Shown: positions 13,882 through 27,370 of the stretch, piece after piece | How the letters are laid out: each line of letters opens with the position of its first letter | Numbering within the stretch: the stretch's first letter is position 1 | DNA from: Sphaerodactylus townsendi | Lineage: Eukaryota | Length of the DNA stretch: 64,000 nt | Direction of reading: 5' to 3' | NCBI RefSeq assembly: GCF_021028975.2 | Contig: NC_059429.1 | Span: forward strand, 28,086,001 to 28,150,000 | Made by a program: the position numbers and the translations under genes | The notes under the pieces: generated by a model | What the model was told of the DNA's origin: nothing | Seen by the model: the letters and a program-made list of their open reading frames with translations, nothing else | Databases searched by the model: none

Positions 13882-14680
13882 GGCTGTTTCCACACAGCAC
13901 AATTACACTGGGGTAGATCCGGGATCGTACATATCGGGGCTATTTTATCCCAATTTCTGCCTCCACACAGCTCCCCGCTTCTTCCCAGGAGCCGATGCAA
14001 GGCAGGGAGGTAATACTCCAGTTTGTTCCGCACAGCCCTGGTAATTTGTAATTACCTCATTGACAAAAGACAGAGGGAATGGCTCCCCCCTCCCCCCGCT
14101 TTCCCCTTCCTACACGATCCATGCTTCGCCAGCTCCAAAGACAGAGGGACTGGCTCTCCCCACCCAGCTTTCCCCTTCCTGCACAATCGATGCCTCACCA
14201 GCTCCAAAAATAGAGGGAACGGCTCTCCCCTCCAGCTTTCCCCTTCCCACACGATCCACGCCTTGCCGACTCCAAAGGTAGAGGAAATTGCCCCTCCACT
14301 TTCCCCTTCCTACACAATCAATGCCTCACCGGCTCTAAAGAGAGGGAACGGCTTCTCCCCACCCACACCCCCGCAAAGCGGGAAAATGGCAAGGTGGGGA
14401 AAATATACCGGGTCTGCTCCCATGGTGTTTGCAGGGCAGCAGGATCACCCTGGGATCTTTTAAAAGAACCACCGAACTGGCAATTTTTGAATATCGTGGG
14501 GTAAGGAAAATATCTCGGGGCAGCACTGGGGCAGACACCAAACTGGCAATTTTTGAATATTGTGGGGTAAGGGAAATATCTCGGGGCAGAACCAGGGCAG
14601 CACCGGAGCCATGCGGAATTCACGACTGAACGGGGATATTTTTCTCACTCACTCCGGGATATTTTGACCATGCAGAAACC
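13882..14680. mobile_element. Harbinger-like MITE with internal ~65-bp and ~60-bp tandem repeats
   Basis: Ends ggctgtttccacacag / catgcagaaacc. Repeat unit agagggaa..ctttccccttcctacacgatc at 14066-14360; duplicated aactggcaatttttgaatat unit at 14475-14600. Confidence 0.55.
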
Positions 14681-15374
14681 TTGATGCCAAATGCTACATT
14701 TTCCCCTTTGAATTCTACATTCCCCCCCCTCCATTTGGATCATGAAACATTTTTCCTTCATTTTTTTCTCCATTGTTTTCCCCAGCATTTAACTACAATT
14801 TTTAGAAAAAGATGTTTCCCAGCCAGCTTCTTTTGAGTATGTGAAGGTGTTGAAATGGTTTTTATTTCTCCTTCTCACCAAACACCTGGCCCTTATTCAT
14901 GTCCCCATGTGTCACTCAACCTCTTCAGCCATTTTCTCCTCCCTCTTGTGTTCTGTTTTCAAAAGGAATCTTTAATTTTTCTCTGTCTGCCACATTGCAT
15001 TAGCAACATAACATTAAAGCAAAGACACAAGCCACGTCAGTTATATCAGCTTTGTCAATTTCATCTGGAATTAGGGCTGTAACATTAAGGAGAAGGTACA
15101 CTGTGCCTGCAGTCAAGAGCCAGTGAAATTAACAAGGAATGCTGTTTTTGCAGGAAGAACTTGACAAGGGACTGCCACAGTAACAATTGTGTGTTAATAC
15201 AGCTCTAATTTTGCCAAAAATGTGGGAGGTTTTTTTTGGGGGGGGGGGGGAGGCTACAGCTTTCCCTCTCCTGTTGCAAACCCTAGAATGTGACCCAAAA
15301 TGATGGAGGAAAAAAATCAAATAGAGAGAAGATTTGAATGCTGCACTGGGCTGAGCCTAGCATACCATTCAGAA

Positions 15375-16781
15375 CAGGGACGTAGGTATAGATTTTTTAA
15401 GGGGGGTTCGGGGTGTGGCCACACTCACCTTCCCCTAGGGCATGGCCATGCCTCCCCAAGCTCCACCCCTGGCCTAGTGCTTATAAAAGCAGCTCTCCAA
15501 GGCCAGGGGTGGCAGACTCCCCTGCCCTGCCCTCCTCTCCACCAGCTGAGCTCCCAGCTGGCAGCCGGCAGTTCCTTCAGCCCTCCCCTCTGGGCAGAGG
15601 CATAGAGGGAAAATGGAGTCTGGTGCAAAATCTGAGTTTTGCCCCCCCCCCCCGGCAGCCGCTGTAATGCTGGAATCCACCCCCAAACAGCATCACTTTC
15701 AATGGATTATCCCCCACCCTGAAACAGCATGGATTATCCCCCACCCTGAAACAGCATCACTTTCAATGTGGCATAGTGGTTAAGAGCAGGTGCACTCTAA
15801 TCTGGAGGAACCAGGTTTGATTCCCTGCTCTGCCACTTGAGCTGTGGAGGCTTTATCTGGGGAATTCAGATTAGCCTGTGCACTCCCACACAGGCCAGCT
15901 GGGTGACCTTGGGCTAGTCACAGCTTTTCGGCGCTCTCTCAGCCCCACCTACCTCACAGGGTGTTTGTTGTGAGGGGGGAAGGGCAAGGAGCTTGTAAAC
16001 TCCTTTGAGTCTCCTACAGGAGAGAAAGGGGGATATAAATCCAAACTTTTCTTCTTCTTCTAAGCTGAGGACCTCAGCTTCTCCCTTTAAATCCATGCCG
16101 AAGGGGGTGGATTTAAAAGGAGAATCTGGGGAAATTGGGGGGGTGCCTGCTTTCAGGGGCGCAATTGTTAAGCTAGCAGTACCAAACTTTCAGGGTATCT
16201 TTAGGAGACTCTCCTAATGATACCACCCCGGTTTGGTGAAGTTTGGTTCAGGGGGTCCAAAGTTATGGACCCTCAAAGATGTAGCCCCCATCTACTATTA
16301 GCTCCCTTTGGAAACAATGAAGGATGGGGCAACCCCTTTGGGAGTCCTTAGCTTTGGACCCTCTGGACCAAACGTCACAAAACCTGGGTGGTATCAGTAA
16401 CAGCCTTTCCTGATGATACCTCCCAGGTTTGGTGAAGTTTGGTTCAGGGTGTCCAAAGTTATGGACCCTCAAAGGTGTAGCTCCCATCTTCTATTAGCTC
16501 CTATTGGAAACAATGGAGGATGGGGGCACCCCCTATGGGAGTCCATAACTTTGGACCCCCTGAACCAAACCTCGCCAAACCCAGGTAGTATCATCAGAAG
16601 AATCCCCCAAACAATTCCTGAAAGTTTGGTTCTGCTATCCCGAACAATGCGCCCCCTGCAGGCAAAAAAACAGAAAAAACACTAAAATGTTTTAAAAACC
16701 CACAAACGGAGGGGTGGAGCTTCGGACATGAATGGGGGGGTTGAGCCTGAGGAAACCCCCCCCCCCTTACCTACGTCCTTG
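15375..16781 (+). mobile_element. Composite non-autonomous hAT element containing a nested SINE
   Basis: TIRs cagggacgtaggta / tacctacgtccttg; perfect 8-bp TSD attcagaa. Confidence 0.9.
15767..16060 (+). mobile_element. Squam3-like SINE nested in a hAT element
   Basis: tRNA head gtggcatagtggttaagagc..ggtttgattccc; (TTC)n tail. Confidence 0.88.
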
Positions 16782-18184
16782 ATTCAGAACTCTTTCCCTC
16801 CTACTCCACTCTAAAAGCTGATAAAGCCAAACCATGTTCATTTTTATCAGCTTCCACACTATTTGGCTCAGCCAAGTATCCTGTTGTTGTTTTTTTAAAA
16901 TAAACTTTTTGACGATTCAGGTGTTACCAAATCAGCAACCCTAGCTCTGAGTGATGTGGTGAGGTGGTTCAAAGGGCTCATGGAAGCTCTCAACAATCCT
17001 GCTCAAAAGCAAGTTTCTGCATACCACCTGTTATTCCTTTATTTTGTATAACACATCATATTTATAACTTTCTAGTTCATACACATCTCAACACTTTAGA
17101 TTTCGATGTCAACTGTTCAGTTCTAACATTTACTGGTCTTTAACAAACACTCTAGGAGGTGTACAAAAAGCATGGCTTTTTTTTGTAGGCAATATGCTGA
17201 TGAAAGCAATCCAGACTATAACAGATGGCATTCTTTCATCTTAAATTTAGAAAGTAATCAGTTCTTGTCTCAATCTCTTTTTAAACAAAAACAAAAACAA
17301 AAAAGGAAGGTATAGATGCCAAATAATACCTTCCACTGCTCAAGGTTATGAAATCCGTGAGCATTTAATTCAGCCTATTATTCTGAATAGTTGTAGTTTT
17401 ATTTGGGAACAAAAAAAAATATCTTGTGTTCATTTATTATATGGTGTCCACGTAGACACTGGCTCAATTCACACGTATACGAAACAACAGTTTATTTTTG
17501 AATTATGGTTATTTTGTAAACTTGCAACTTGTCTTGCATTCAATCAATAAAATCCCAATTTGCCTGTCTGTAGACAGAAAATAAGGTCCTGGGAAACAAA
17601 TCACACAAAATGTGTTCAGAGGTGAATCTACAGAAAATGGCACCCAGGGACAAGCAGTAAAATTATGCCCCCCCCCCCAACATTTGACACTAATCTTTTA
17701 GAATGTTGACTATATTGACTCACTATGCATAAAATGCTTTGAGTCTCTGTGAGAAAAGCAGACTATAAATAACATAAACAAACAAAATCCTCCAACAGCA
17801 TCAATAAGAGTTTCACTCCCCCATTTGATGTTCAAGAACTATGATCCCAGAGCTGATCCTGACAGGGCATATCCTTTTAGAAATGCTGGTTTGATTGGGC
17901 CTCAAGGTGTACAGGAGTCTTAAGGGTCAGCCTCTTTCATCTCAACTCTTGTCCCCTCTCCCCAGACCAAGATTTCTTGCAGGACTCTTCCAACTACTAG
18001 AGAAGGTGCACATGGCATCCTTGGATGAGTCTGTTGACTGAATGTGTGAATTGCCTCCTCTGGACAGCAGAGACAGAGAAGAATTTGTATTGCTGGTCTA
18101 GACAAAGGGCCCCTTCAGAGCCCCCAAAGTATCCCAGAATGGAATTTGAAGTCGCTAAAAGGGAGACATCCTATAGATACACCT

Positions 18185-18480
18185 GTGAACACATTTTGTG
18201 CATAAATAGCCACAGACTTTTTTGCAAACAACATTTAAAGTGCAAATTATCTTACAGTTCTTGTAAGGAGGAAGGGAAGGGGGCCGTCATCTGGTCATGC
18301 CTAACCAAGTCTGAGGGGAAGGGGAGAGGCCTGTTATCTGGTTGAGGCCCACCCACCCTGGGGGAAGAGTTGGGGGGAGAGGGAAAAGGGCATTTGTGTT
18401 TCTCCATTCCTTCCAAGGGTAGTATAATTTTCATGGGGAAAGGAATGATTCACAAAAATAACCTAAAAGTCCCTTTTTGT
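18185..18480 (-). mobile_element. Ngaro/DIRS-like terminal repeat fragment
   Basis: Contains atagccacagac and ggtcatgcctaaccaag motifs recalled from reptile Ngaro-like repeats; a similar relic lies near 2900-3150. Confidence 0.35.
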
Positions 18481-19030
18481 ACCGTCTGCTTTTGTGGAGG
18501 TGTGCTCTCACTCACTAAAACTTGTGCTGAGTTTTACACATTGCCTCACAAAAGGGTGGCCAGATCCATTCCCAACCCCACCCCAAGACAGCAGAAAGGT
18601 ATTGGAAGGGGTATGCAATAGCTTTAAAACTACCCCGTTCCACCTGCCTGTGTTTGGAGGACATATGATCTACTCTCATCTGCTCCCCAAAAGACCCAGC
18701 CAGTGCAGCTTTTTCTTAGGATGGTAGAAGTTGCTTGCCCAGTGCACACCCTCCCATGTGGAGGTCTGCTAGCCTAGGTTGCGAAAGGGTCTGCCCAGCA
18801 GGGATGGGAGGAAAATGAGCTCTGCCTACACTCACACACACAACTGCCCCCCCCCCACTTGCAGGAGCTGTCATGGTGGTGCCAGCCAAGAAAAGGCCAA
18901 CAGGAATTGGAGAGTGGGAAATGGCTAGATCTCAGTCTTTTTTCTGCCTGCAACCTGACTATTTCAAGAGGGGGTGTTTCCCAGCCAGGTGCTCTGGCAA
19001 AGATAAACAGTAAGCTTCTATCTCCTAAAG

Positions 19031-19178
19031 CAGGGGTAGGGAACCTGCGGCTCTCCAGATGTTCAGGAACTACAATTCCCATCAGCCTCTGTCAGCATGG
19101 CCAATTGGCCATGCTGGTAGGTGCTGATGGGAATTGTAGTTCCTGAACATCTGGGGAGCCGCAGGTTCCCTACCCCTG
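19031..19178. mobile_element. Palindromic hAT (Charlie/URR1-like) MITE
   Basis: Near-perfect 148-bp palindrome caggggtagggaacctgcggctc..; perfect TSD tcctaaag. Confidence 0.93.
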
Positions 19179-19222
19179 TCCTAAAGGGAGAGCATTTTGC
19201 AGAGCACTCTGTTGTGGTTTGG

Positions 19223-19363
19223 CATGAGGCCAGGATCACCTGGGCCTGAGGTCCTCTGCCAGATGCACCTGCATCTCCAGATCAAGGAGCCATCTTTCAA
19301 GGGTCCTTGATCTGGAGATGCAGGTGTGCCTGGCATTCAGGACCAGGTTATCCTGTCCTCATG
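19223..19363. repeat. Imperfect ~140-bp palindrome (probable MITE)
   Basis: cacctgcatctccagatcaagga pairs with tccttgatctggagatgcaggtg; outer arms catgagg / cctcatg. Confidence 0.7.
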
Positions 19364-20327
19364 ACCTTTCCCATGCAGTCAACCAGTACAAGGGGCCAAT
19401 CCCAGTGATCCTCCCAATCCAGTGTGCTCAGGTGGATTTCCCTAAGCAGCCAAGGGCTTTCAGAACAGGCAACCAAGATCCTCTTCCACTTGGCAAGGAT
19501 AAGCATAGGCCACATGGCTGCTGCTGTCACATATCAATCAGGTGGAAACCCTGCTGTGAGGAGGGAGGCCCTGCAACTCATCCACCCACCTACTCTCTTG
19601 CTCAATCACCTGCCCACTTTCTCACTCACGCCCTACTTGTTTGCCCAACAAAAGGGCCACTTCAGCTACCTTTCTGGCCTGCAGGAGGGGAGAGGGGTGG
19701 GTGGCCATATGCACCCACTGTGTGACCCAGGCAAGTGACATCTGGGGAGAGGCCTCTCCCTCCAATATCCAGCTCTGGACATGCTACAGGAAAGAGGGGG
19801 AAAAATATACTACACATCACAGGTGTTATTTCAGGATTTTGTCAATAAAATTCATATGTGACATGAAATCACAGGTACAAATACAGTTGGTAAACCATGT
19901 TCAAACTCCTGTCTCAAATCTTGATTTCATGGACTGTAACAAGTCACAATTAGCAGAGCTGCCCTCATTTGACTTCAGGGAGGAATTAGCCATTGAACAT
20001 ACAAGGAAATTTCCTTCCAGGCCACTAGAGGGCTACTGGTGGCTAGAAGAAAGCACACCCAAGCCCTAGCAACTCTACCAATGCCTCAGGGGCTACTTTG
20101 CTCAGACCTGTCATCAACAATGCCAGTGGTATCAGCTCATCAGTTGCCTCCTCCTGCACCATTGCCAAATGGGAAGGATGCAATGGGTGAATTTCCCCCA
20201 CTGATCTGAGTGGCCCTGCAGCGCTGGCTTGTAGCATCACAAGGGCCTCTCAGTTTGGCTTGCTCCAAGGTCATTTTCACTTCCCAGCCTGAGACACAAA
20301 CATGATGCTATGGCCACCACATGACTG

Positions 20328-20560
20328 CATGGTATAGCAGTTAAGAGCGGTGGACTCTAATCTGGAGAACCAGGTTTGTTTTTACACTCCTCCACAGGAA
20401 GACCTTGGGCCAGTCACAGTTTTCTCAGAAATCTCTCAGTTCTATCTACCTTACAAAGTGTCTGTTGTGTGTGTGTGTGTGTGTGGGGGGGGGGGGGGTT
20501 TGTAGCTGCTTTGAGACTCCTTAAAAGTAGAGAAAAACGGGGTATAAAGCCAACTTTTTC
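20328..20560 (+). mobile_element. Squam3-like SINE, internally deleted
   Basis: gttaagagcggtggactctaatctggagaacc head; gaccttgggccagtcacag body; ggtataaa tail. Confidence 0.75.
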
Positions 20561-22134
20561 GCATGACTGATCCACAAGTTGTGCCATGGTTCCTTCTCCT
20601 TTCTCCTCCCCCCTCCTTTTTCCATTAGATTTTCCCCAGTCATCTAGTGAAACAAATTGTTTGACATGGCATCACTACCTTTTGAGGTCCCCCTCTCTAC
20701 CTTGCTAGCTGTCTGTTAGCTGTCTTTTTTAGGGGATGGAAAGACGATGTCACATGTTTATTTTTTTTTTAAAAAACCCCTGTGCATTATGATTACCTGC
20801 AGTGAAGGAAGGAAGAATTAAAGGGCTATTGCTTTCAATGTCAGCTGCACTACTTCTGCAGTAGCTCATTCTAGCCTGAGGCACTTTGGGAATAGTGTTA
20901 TTTATAAGGAGTGGAATTTTTCACCCTGAAACTCACTTTTTGTAGATATAAATGCTGATTATTCTTTTTTTTTCTTTCAAAAGGAAGAATTTCTCTTTTA
21001 TTTCTGTTTTTAGGTTTCTATCACACCTCCGTGCACCCTTCTATAACTGCAGCCCTTACAGGGTTGTTTTTATATCACACAAAACAGAATGCTGTAGCAG
21101 GAGGATAGGAAGGTCTGGGAAGACACTGTTTGCTCTGAACAATTACATAATGAAATTTGGAAATTCCGTAGAACCTCATTTCCTGTCCCTCCTATTTTTG
21201 AATTGGTCTTCTGATCAAAACATAATTGATTGATAACAGACTCCAAATCCATAAGAAGATGAAAAGAAATGGATTTTTGGATTTCAGGGAGAAATTGGGC
21301 TAAAGAGAACTAAGAGAATTCCTCTTAACACCCCTACTCAATGGTAAAAAAACAGGAAGTATTTAATTCACCCACAGTTTATTTGGCTGCTGAAAGGGTT
21401 AGGAACTTGAATGCTAACAGCTGGGTGAGGCTTTGATTTTAAAAGTGTAATAAACTGCTACCGATTTTACTGTGCAAGAGGGGAGATTATGTACACATAG
21501 CTGTACTTGCTTGAACAGCTTCTGAAACTGAGAAAGACAGCCTCTTTACAAAATCAATTCTGCAGACTTTTAATGGGAATCAATAGATAAAACAATAATA
21601 ATGGAAAATGATTAATTAGGTTCTGACATTAAGTGAACATTATGATGCACACTTTCAGTTCTCTACATACTTAATAAGAATGCAAGTGTTAGAATACTTA
21701 AATGCCTCATAAACTATCTTAGGAGTATTATTGGCTTCTTAAGAGTGGGAGGCTCACTGGAAAGAGTTCACATCAGCAAAGTTTTAATGAGATGGACCCT
21801 TTCAAGGTTGAGATGGAGTCTCTGTTTCAAATATGGGGAAAACTCAGAAATAGAAGACTTGTGCAAATATTCAAAGTATAAAGAAAATTATATGTCTGAG
21901 ATGAAGGTCAGGATAATGCATTCTATTAATCTACATCATTTGCAATTATTTTACATCACGTTTCTGAAAAGTTTGAAAACAGTAAACAGAAGGTGAAAAT
22001 TATAACAATCCTTTAAAATTATTCAAGTGTAGCCAGGTTGATCTTTACAGATCTTTAAAAACTGTGCCTTAAAAATTGGTGTGGGCTGTGAAAAACTTGT
22101 GTTAATCTTAACTGGTAGAGAGAAGGTAGCATGT

Positions 22135-22312
22135 TATAGCCAGATCTCATCGGATTTTGGAAGCTAAGCAGGATCGGTACACAGAAAGAAGACCTCCAAA
22201 GAATATTTTGCAGAGGAAGGGAATGGCAAACCACCTCTGCTTAATTACTTGTCTTGAAAGCTCCCTTGCTGGGGTTGCCAGAAATTTGCTGTGATTTGAT
22301 GGCATGACACAC
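22135..22312 (+). mobile_element. 5S rRNA-derived SINE with RTE/BovB-type tail
   Basis: ccagatctcatcggattttggaagctaagcaggatcgg resembles the 5S segment cccgatctcgtctgatctcggaagctaagcagggtcgg; followed by the RTE-type 3' end aatggcaaaccacctctg..ggggttgcc..gatttgatggca. Confidence 0.7.
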
Positions 22313-22439
22313 ACAATCTTAAAAGGAACAACTGAATTTTCTTATTAAAAACTCATTATCCAATACATTAAAACATCCCATTAAACCATAAAAATAAATA
22401 CATTTTAAAAGGGCCATAGAAAGAAAGTCAAGGATAATG

Positions 22440-23060
22440 TCCCAAGGATAATGACCTTAATACCTGTCAATAAAGAAGCCCTATCAATAAAGAATCCCAC
22501 CTGTGTATAACTAATGAACATGACTCTACATAAACCTTTAAAAAAAAGGCTACAAAATTTTAAGACTAACATAGTAATTCACAAATTCAGCCCTTTAACT
22601 GAACCCCAAAAAGTGAAGTTTTAGACTCCTTGCCAGAAACAGGCTATATGCGACTCAGCCCATTTTCCACGATCTTAAGCATGGGCTTTGGTTAGCATAC
22701 CCATAGTGCAGATGACCAAACTCATTTCATTACTTAAAGAAAGGAGCTTAGAAAAAAATGGACAATTGGAAACTATTGGTGGATTACTTGGGAAGAACAT
22801 AAAAAAGAAAAAAAATGATGATTAGTGGTTTTGAAGATTGGTGGATTGTTGTTATAAGACTTAATGGAGAAAAGTATTTTATTACTTGTAGTTATTGAGT
22901 TGGAATTTTAAGTATGTGGTTAAAGAGCAAGTGATATTAATTTTTACTGTTCACTCAACATAGATGAAATTGGAAGTTGTTACATTAAGCGTACTTTTCA
23001 TAGATTTTGATATTTTTTTCTTTTTGTAAGTATTTTAAATATTAATAAAATTTGATAAGT
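22440..23060. mobile_element. L1-like 3' end relic, possibly with an inverted 5' segment
   Basis: Plus strand MTKLISLLKERSLEK..NWKLLVDYL followed by an AT-rich UTR and aataaa at about 23045. Confidence 0.45.
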
Positions 23061-24563
23061 TAAGACTGGCCGATTACCCACAAGGTCTTTGCTGTGTAGT
23101 GGAGGCCACTGTTTGCCGCAGTAGGAATTCTTGTATGGTTGCATTTTTGGAACCCCAATTTCACTTTCCACTCTCTTAATGGCAAGTGAAACCACTTATA
23201 GCATCATTTAAATCTTGCTTCGCCACCAGAGTGGGACAGATTTGCCAGTGGCACAGCTTTGCCCCAGACATCTTCTCTCCACCTGTGGCCAGTCTTCCCA
23301 CTGCATTGCACACTTTGCATACCTTTCCCCTCACCCTCCCTTCATGCTGTCAGATCCTTCTTGCTTCCCTAAGTGCACTGATCAAGAAATCAGAGATCGA
23401 TCTTTCATATGTATAGTGGTTGAGTGGGAGGAAGAACCCATCCATCTTTATCTAACATCTGTGTTCAGTCTGTCCTCTACCAGCACAGCCTCAGTTTCCA
23501 GGTGTCCTGAAGCTTTTCCCCTTGCCCCCCTTCCATTCTGCTGGCTCCTTCCTGCTTCTCTAAAGTCCACATACTGACAGATTGAGAGATCAAGCTTTCA
23601 ATATACTATAACAACAGAGAAGGTTTTTGCAAGGAACAGTACAAGCAGGTATCTTTTTGGCTCCACTCCACCACCCTGCTCTGCTTCCGCCATTCCCAAT
23701 GTCTGGGTGGGGGGGTTTAAACTTTATTTTAGGCAAGACTCTGTTTCTAAAACAAATATTTCTCTTGCGACAGTGGCAGAGATACATAAAGAGAGAGAAA
23801 GTTTGTGTGTGTGTCGAGGGAAAGGGAGGGGGAGAGAACATCAGCTCAGTGCCTTTAAGGCTGTTGATGGGCAGAGTTAAGAGAACCAGGAGAAGTAGAG
23901 GCCCAGCAGAGTTAAGCAGACAAATGTGCTGCAGGCTATGGACTGCCACCTCATGTGTAAACAGAGAAATGTGAGGAGAGCCCATTATGAGTCCACTGCA
24001 CAGAGAACAGGTTTGAGGTAAGTGTTCCATGTGGAATGGGCCTCTGTCAATTTTCTTTTTTCCTGCTAATATCCACCTTGCAGACAAAGCTAGGGAAGGA
24101 GTTGGTAATCACTGTCCTTTTATATTTTTTAAGAGAGTAAGTTTTACTTCTTTATAGTTTAGAAATTTATAAAAAGGCATGAGATATCTTTCCTTAAAAG
24201 TACTTACTTTAATGAAATGTGAGAATCCAGGTCATCAAATGGCTTAAATGGGTACTAAGTGCAATAGGAAACCTTAGACCTGGCCTACTCATGCTTGGAA
24301 GATGGGACTAAACCACTTCATGTTGCAGTTGGACCATCACATTTGTGAATTCTCTGCTATGTTAAAGTTTGCAGATATACATATATATAAAAAAAACAAG
24401 CACATAAATGTTCCAATCCAGGTATTTGCCTTTCTCTCTATTGTGCAAGTTTCTTTTTGCAGGGAGATTTAAAACAAAACAACAAGGAACAGCATACAAA
24501 TTCAGTATTCATCACTAGCGGTCTGAAGCAGTGCAGTCCATTCTACCTTCACAGAATTCTACC

Positions 24564-25255
24564 TAGGATTGCCAAGTGGAGACAGTTAGGGTTGGGAACA
24601 ATCAGGGCATGATGTCAACTGTGTTTCTGCATCACTTCAAGGATGTGACATATCTTGGGGGTGAGATGTATGTGCCTTGCAACCAAGGTGTCATTTGTCT
24701 TGGTCATGTAGGGGTGCATTCGGCCACCCCTTCTCCTTCTGCAGCTCCACCCACAAGCTTCTGCTTGCCCACTGTCTCACTGACTTGCCTAGCCCATCGC
24801 CTCCCCATCTCGCTGGCCCACCACCTCACTCAGCCTGTCACCCGCCACCTCACTCAGCCTGCTGCCTTGCTGCCTTGTGCCGCTTGCTGCCTCCCATGGC
24901 CCCAGCTCACATGGCCTGCCTCTCCCTCCCCTCCCTCTCTCCCCGCACACCCAGCCCCTGGCCTTACCGGTGCAAAATGGCACCTGGCAAGGGGAATTTG
25001 GGGGGATTGGCCACGGAGGGTGGGCACCATTTCTCTCAGGAACATAATTCCAGATAGCTCTGGGAATTGCCAGGAAGTCCATTGTAAAACCACAGTTTTG
25101 TGACAATTCCTAGAGCAAGCTTATGTCATTTATTTTTGGGGTTTTCTTGGAAATGATGTAGTTAATGTCACATTTCTTTGATTTTTTTCTGCTGTCACTC
25201 TGAGTGGCAGTGGGCAACTAGGGCTGTTAGTGGTAGACCTCCTGCCATAGCAGGC
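24564..25255. mobile_element. tagggttgcca-type DNA transposon (hAT-like) relic
   Basis: Starts taggattgcca; GC-rich core; ctctgggaattgccaggaagtccattgtaaaacc subterminal module. Confidence 0.4.
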
Positions 25256-25389
25256 CTACTGCTATGCTGAATGTGTCCAGTGACATTTACTCAGTCAAAC
25301 ACTTCTAGATTTCAGTCATGACCTTCACAGAGTCAGACAGTTGAAAGGAGCCTTATAGGCCCTTTAGTCCAACCCTCTGTCCAGTTCAA

Positions 25390-27370
25390 TACATTATTAT
25401 TATTTATTGATCTAAATTGTCAGCTCTTCCCACTCTAATAGTCAGACTCAGAGTAGCTAACAAATCAAAATATATCAATAAAACAATTCACAAGTTAAAA
25501 CAACATTCAAACATTAAAATCCTAACACAGATGGTGATTTCCTCTTTAGATGATGTAAAGTGCCAATAAACTGCCAGATATGATCAATTAAAACCCTCCT
25601 ATACCACTTTGATGAAGAAGAAGGAGGGGTGGATTTGGGAGGCCAATAAGCTCAAGAGAAAACTGTTGTTAGCCTCAGTTAAAAGCTCAGTGGAACATCT
25701 CTATATTACAGAGCTTGTGGAACTGAGTTAAGTCCTGCAGGGCCCTGGTCTCAGATGACAGAAAATTCTACCAGGTTGTGGCTGGCTGAGCCAAACTGGA
25801 AAATCTTGGGGCCAGGGATCACTAAGAGGTTGCTTCTAGCAGAGTGTAATGCTTGCAGGAACAATATCAGGAGAAGCAATTCCACAGATATGATAGTTCC
25901 AGACCACTCAAGGCCTTAAAAATTAAAATTGAAACCTTGAACACGATCTGGAATTCAACCGGTAACCAATGCAACTGACAAAGCTCAGGTTGAATAAATG
26001 TTCTTACTGGGGTCCTTGTAAGGACCCTTGATGCTGCTTTCTGTATCAATTGTAGCTTCCAGAGCAATTTCAAGGATAGGCCAGAGTAGTTGGAGTTATA
26101 GTAATCCAGTCTTGATGTGACCATTGGGTAGATCACTGTAGCTATGTCTGAATGTAATAGATAAGGGACCAACTGTCTTGTCTGGCAAAGGTGGAAAAAA
26201 AGCTAAAAAGAAAAACCAAACCTGGTAGACCCAAACCACAAATTGACCACTGAGAAAATACAGTGTTTCTTTATAGTGCAATTAAAGTGAACGTTTGCTT
26301 GGAATTATTTCCTAGTTTACAGAAACAAAAAGATAGAACAATAAACAGCAGATGCCATACATACACAGATGAACAAAATAGATATTGCTAATAGATGTTG
26401 CTAACACGCACTCAACGAAGAATCACAATGATACTCAAAAGTCCAATAATACTGTGTTCTCTGTTGCTAACAAGCATTCAGCTAATTATTGCAATGATAT
26501 TCATATTTGATGGGATTCTAGATAATGTTCCATTTTGTGGCTTTACCACTTCATCAGACTTCCAATCCACTTGCCCTTTCACTGGAAAATACTTTTAAGC
26601 ATCTGTGTGATCCAAGTAGATAAGTATCTCTGCCATTGGTTGTGATGCTTGAAAAATTCCTATCAAGTCATACAGTACAGAGGCTAAGCATTTATTTCAT
26701 GTCAATTTGCTGTATGAGCAACCCTTGGCCTCCCCTAACTGGAAGGATCCCAAGGTCACACCCAGGCTTTTGACAGAAGTAGCAGATATTAGTGTTACTC
26801 TGTCTAATTTTGGCAGTTCAAAACTTCCCCCTTGGCCCAACCATAGGACCTCCATCCTATGGATTTAGATTCAATCTGCTCTGTTTCAACCATTCTGCCA
26901 TGGCTTCCAGATTCTTGATCAGATTTTTGGGGGTGGCAGCTGGCTGGCCCTTCATCAACAGAAAAAGCTAGCTGTCATCAGCATTCTGATGGCAACTCAG
27001 TCCAAAGGTCTGGACCAGTTGAGCCAGGGTCATATGTAGATGTTAAATAACATTGGTGATAGGATTTCCCCCTGTGGAACCTCACAAAGCAAGAATCACT
27101 GTTGGAACATATCCTCACCAAATGTCACGCACTGTCCCTGACCCTGGAGAATTGATGTCAGTCATTCTAAGGCTGTTCCCTGAATCCCAATGATGGTAAG
27201 TGGTGGGTCAAAAGATCATAGTCACCATGTCAAATTCTGCTGTTAGATCTAACAGCAATAGCAGTCCGACCTGTCTCTATCTGTAACTGGAGCTCATCTG
27301 TGAGGGCAGCCAGCACAGTCTCCATCACATGGCCAGGTCAGAAACCAAACTGCAATGTGTCCAAGCCTGA
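25390..27370 (-). mobile_element. L2 LINE 3' portion, interrupted at about 26190-26590
   Basis: EVPQGEILSPMLFNIYI..CHQNADD (RT) and VTSRLDY..LQLIQKAASRVL..LHWLPV (L2 C-terminus); (taa)n tail at about 25395. Confidence 0.88.

Noticed and set aside
14066-14600. Regularly spaced repeats suggesting a CRISPR-like array
   Set aside because: Vertebrate MITE-internal minisatellites with no unique spacers and no cas genes.
21014-21110. Plus-strand acceptor and short ORF
   Set aside because: No homology or partner exons identified.
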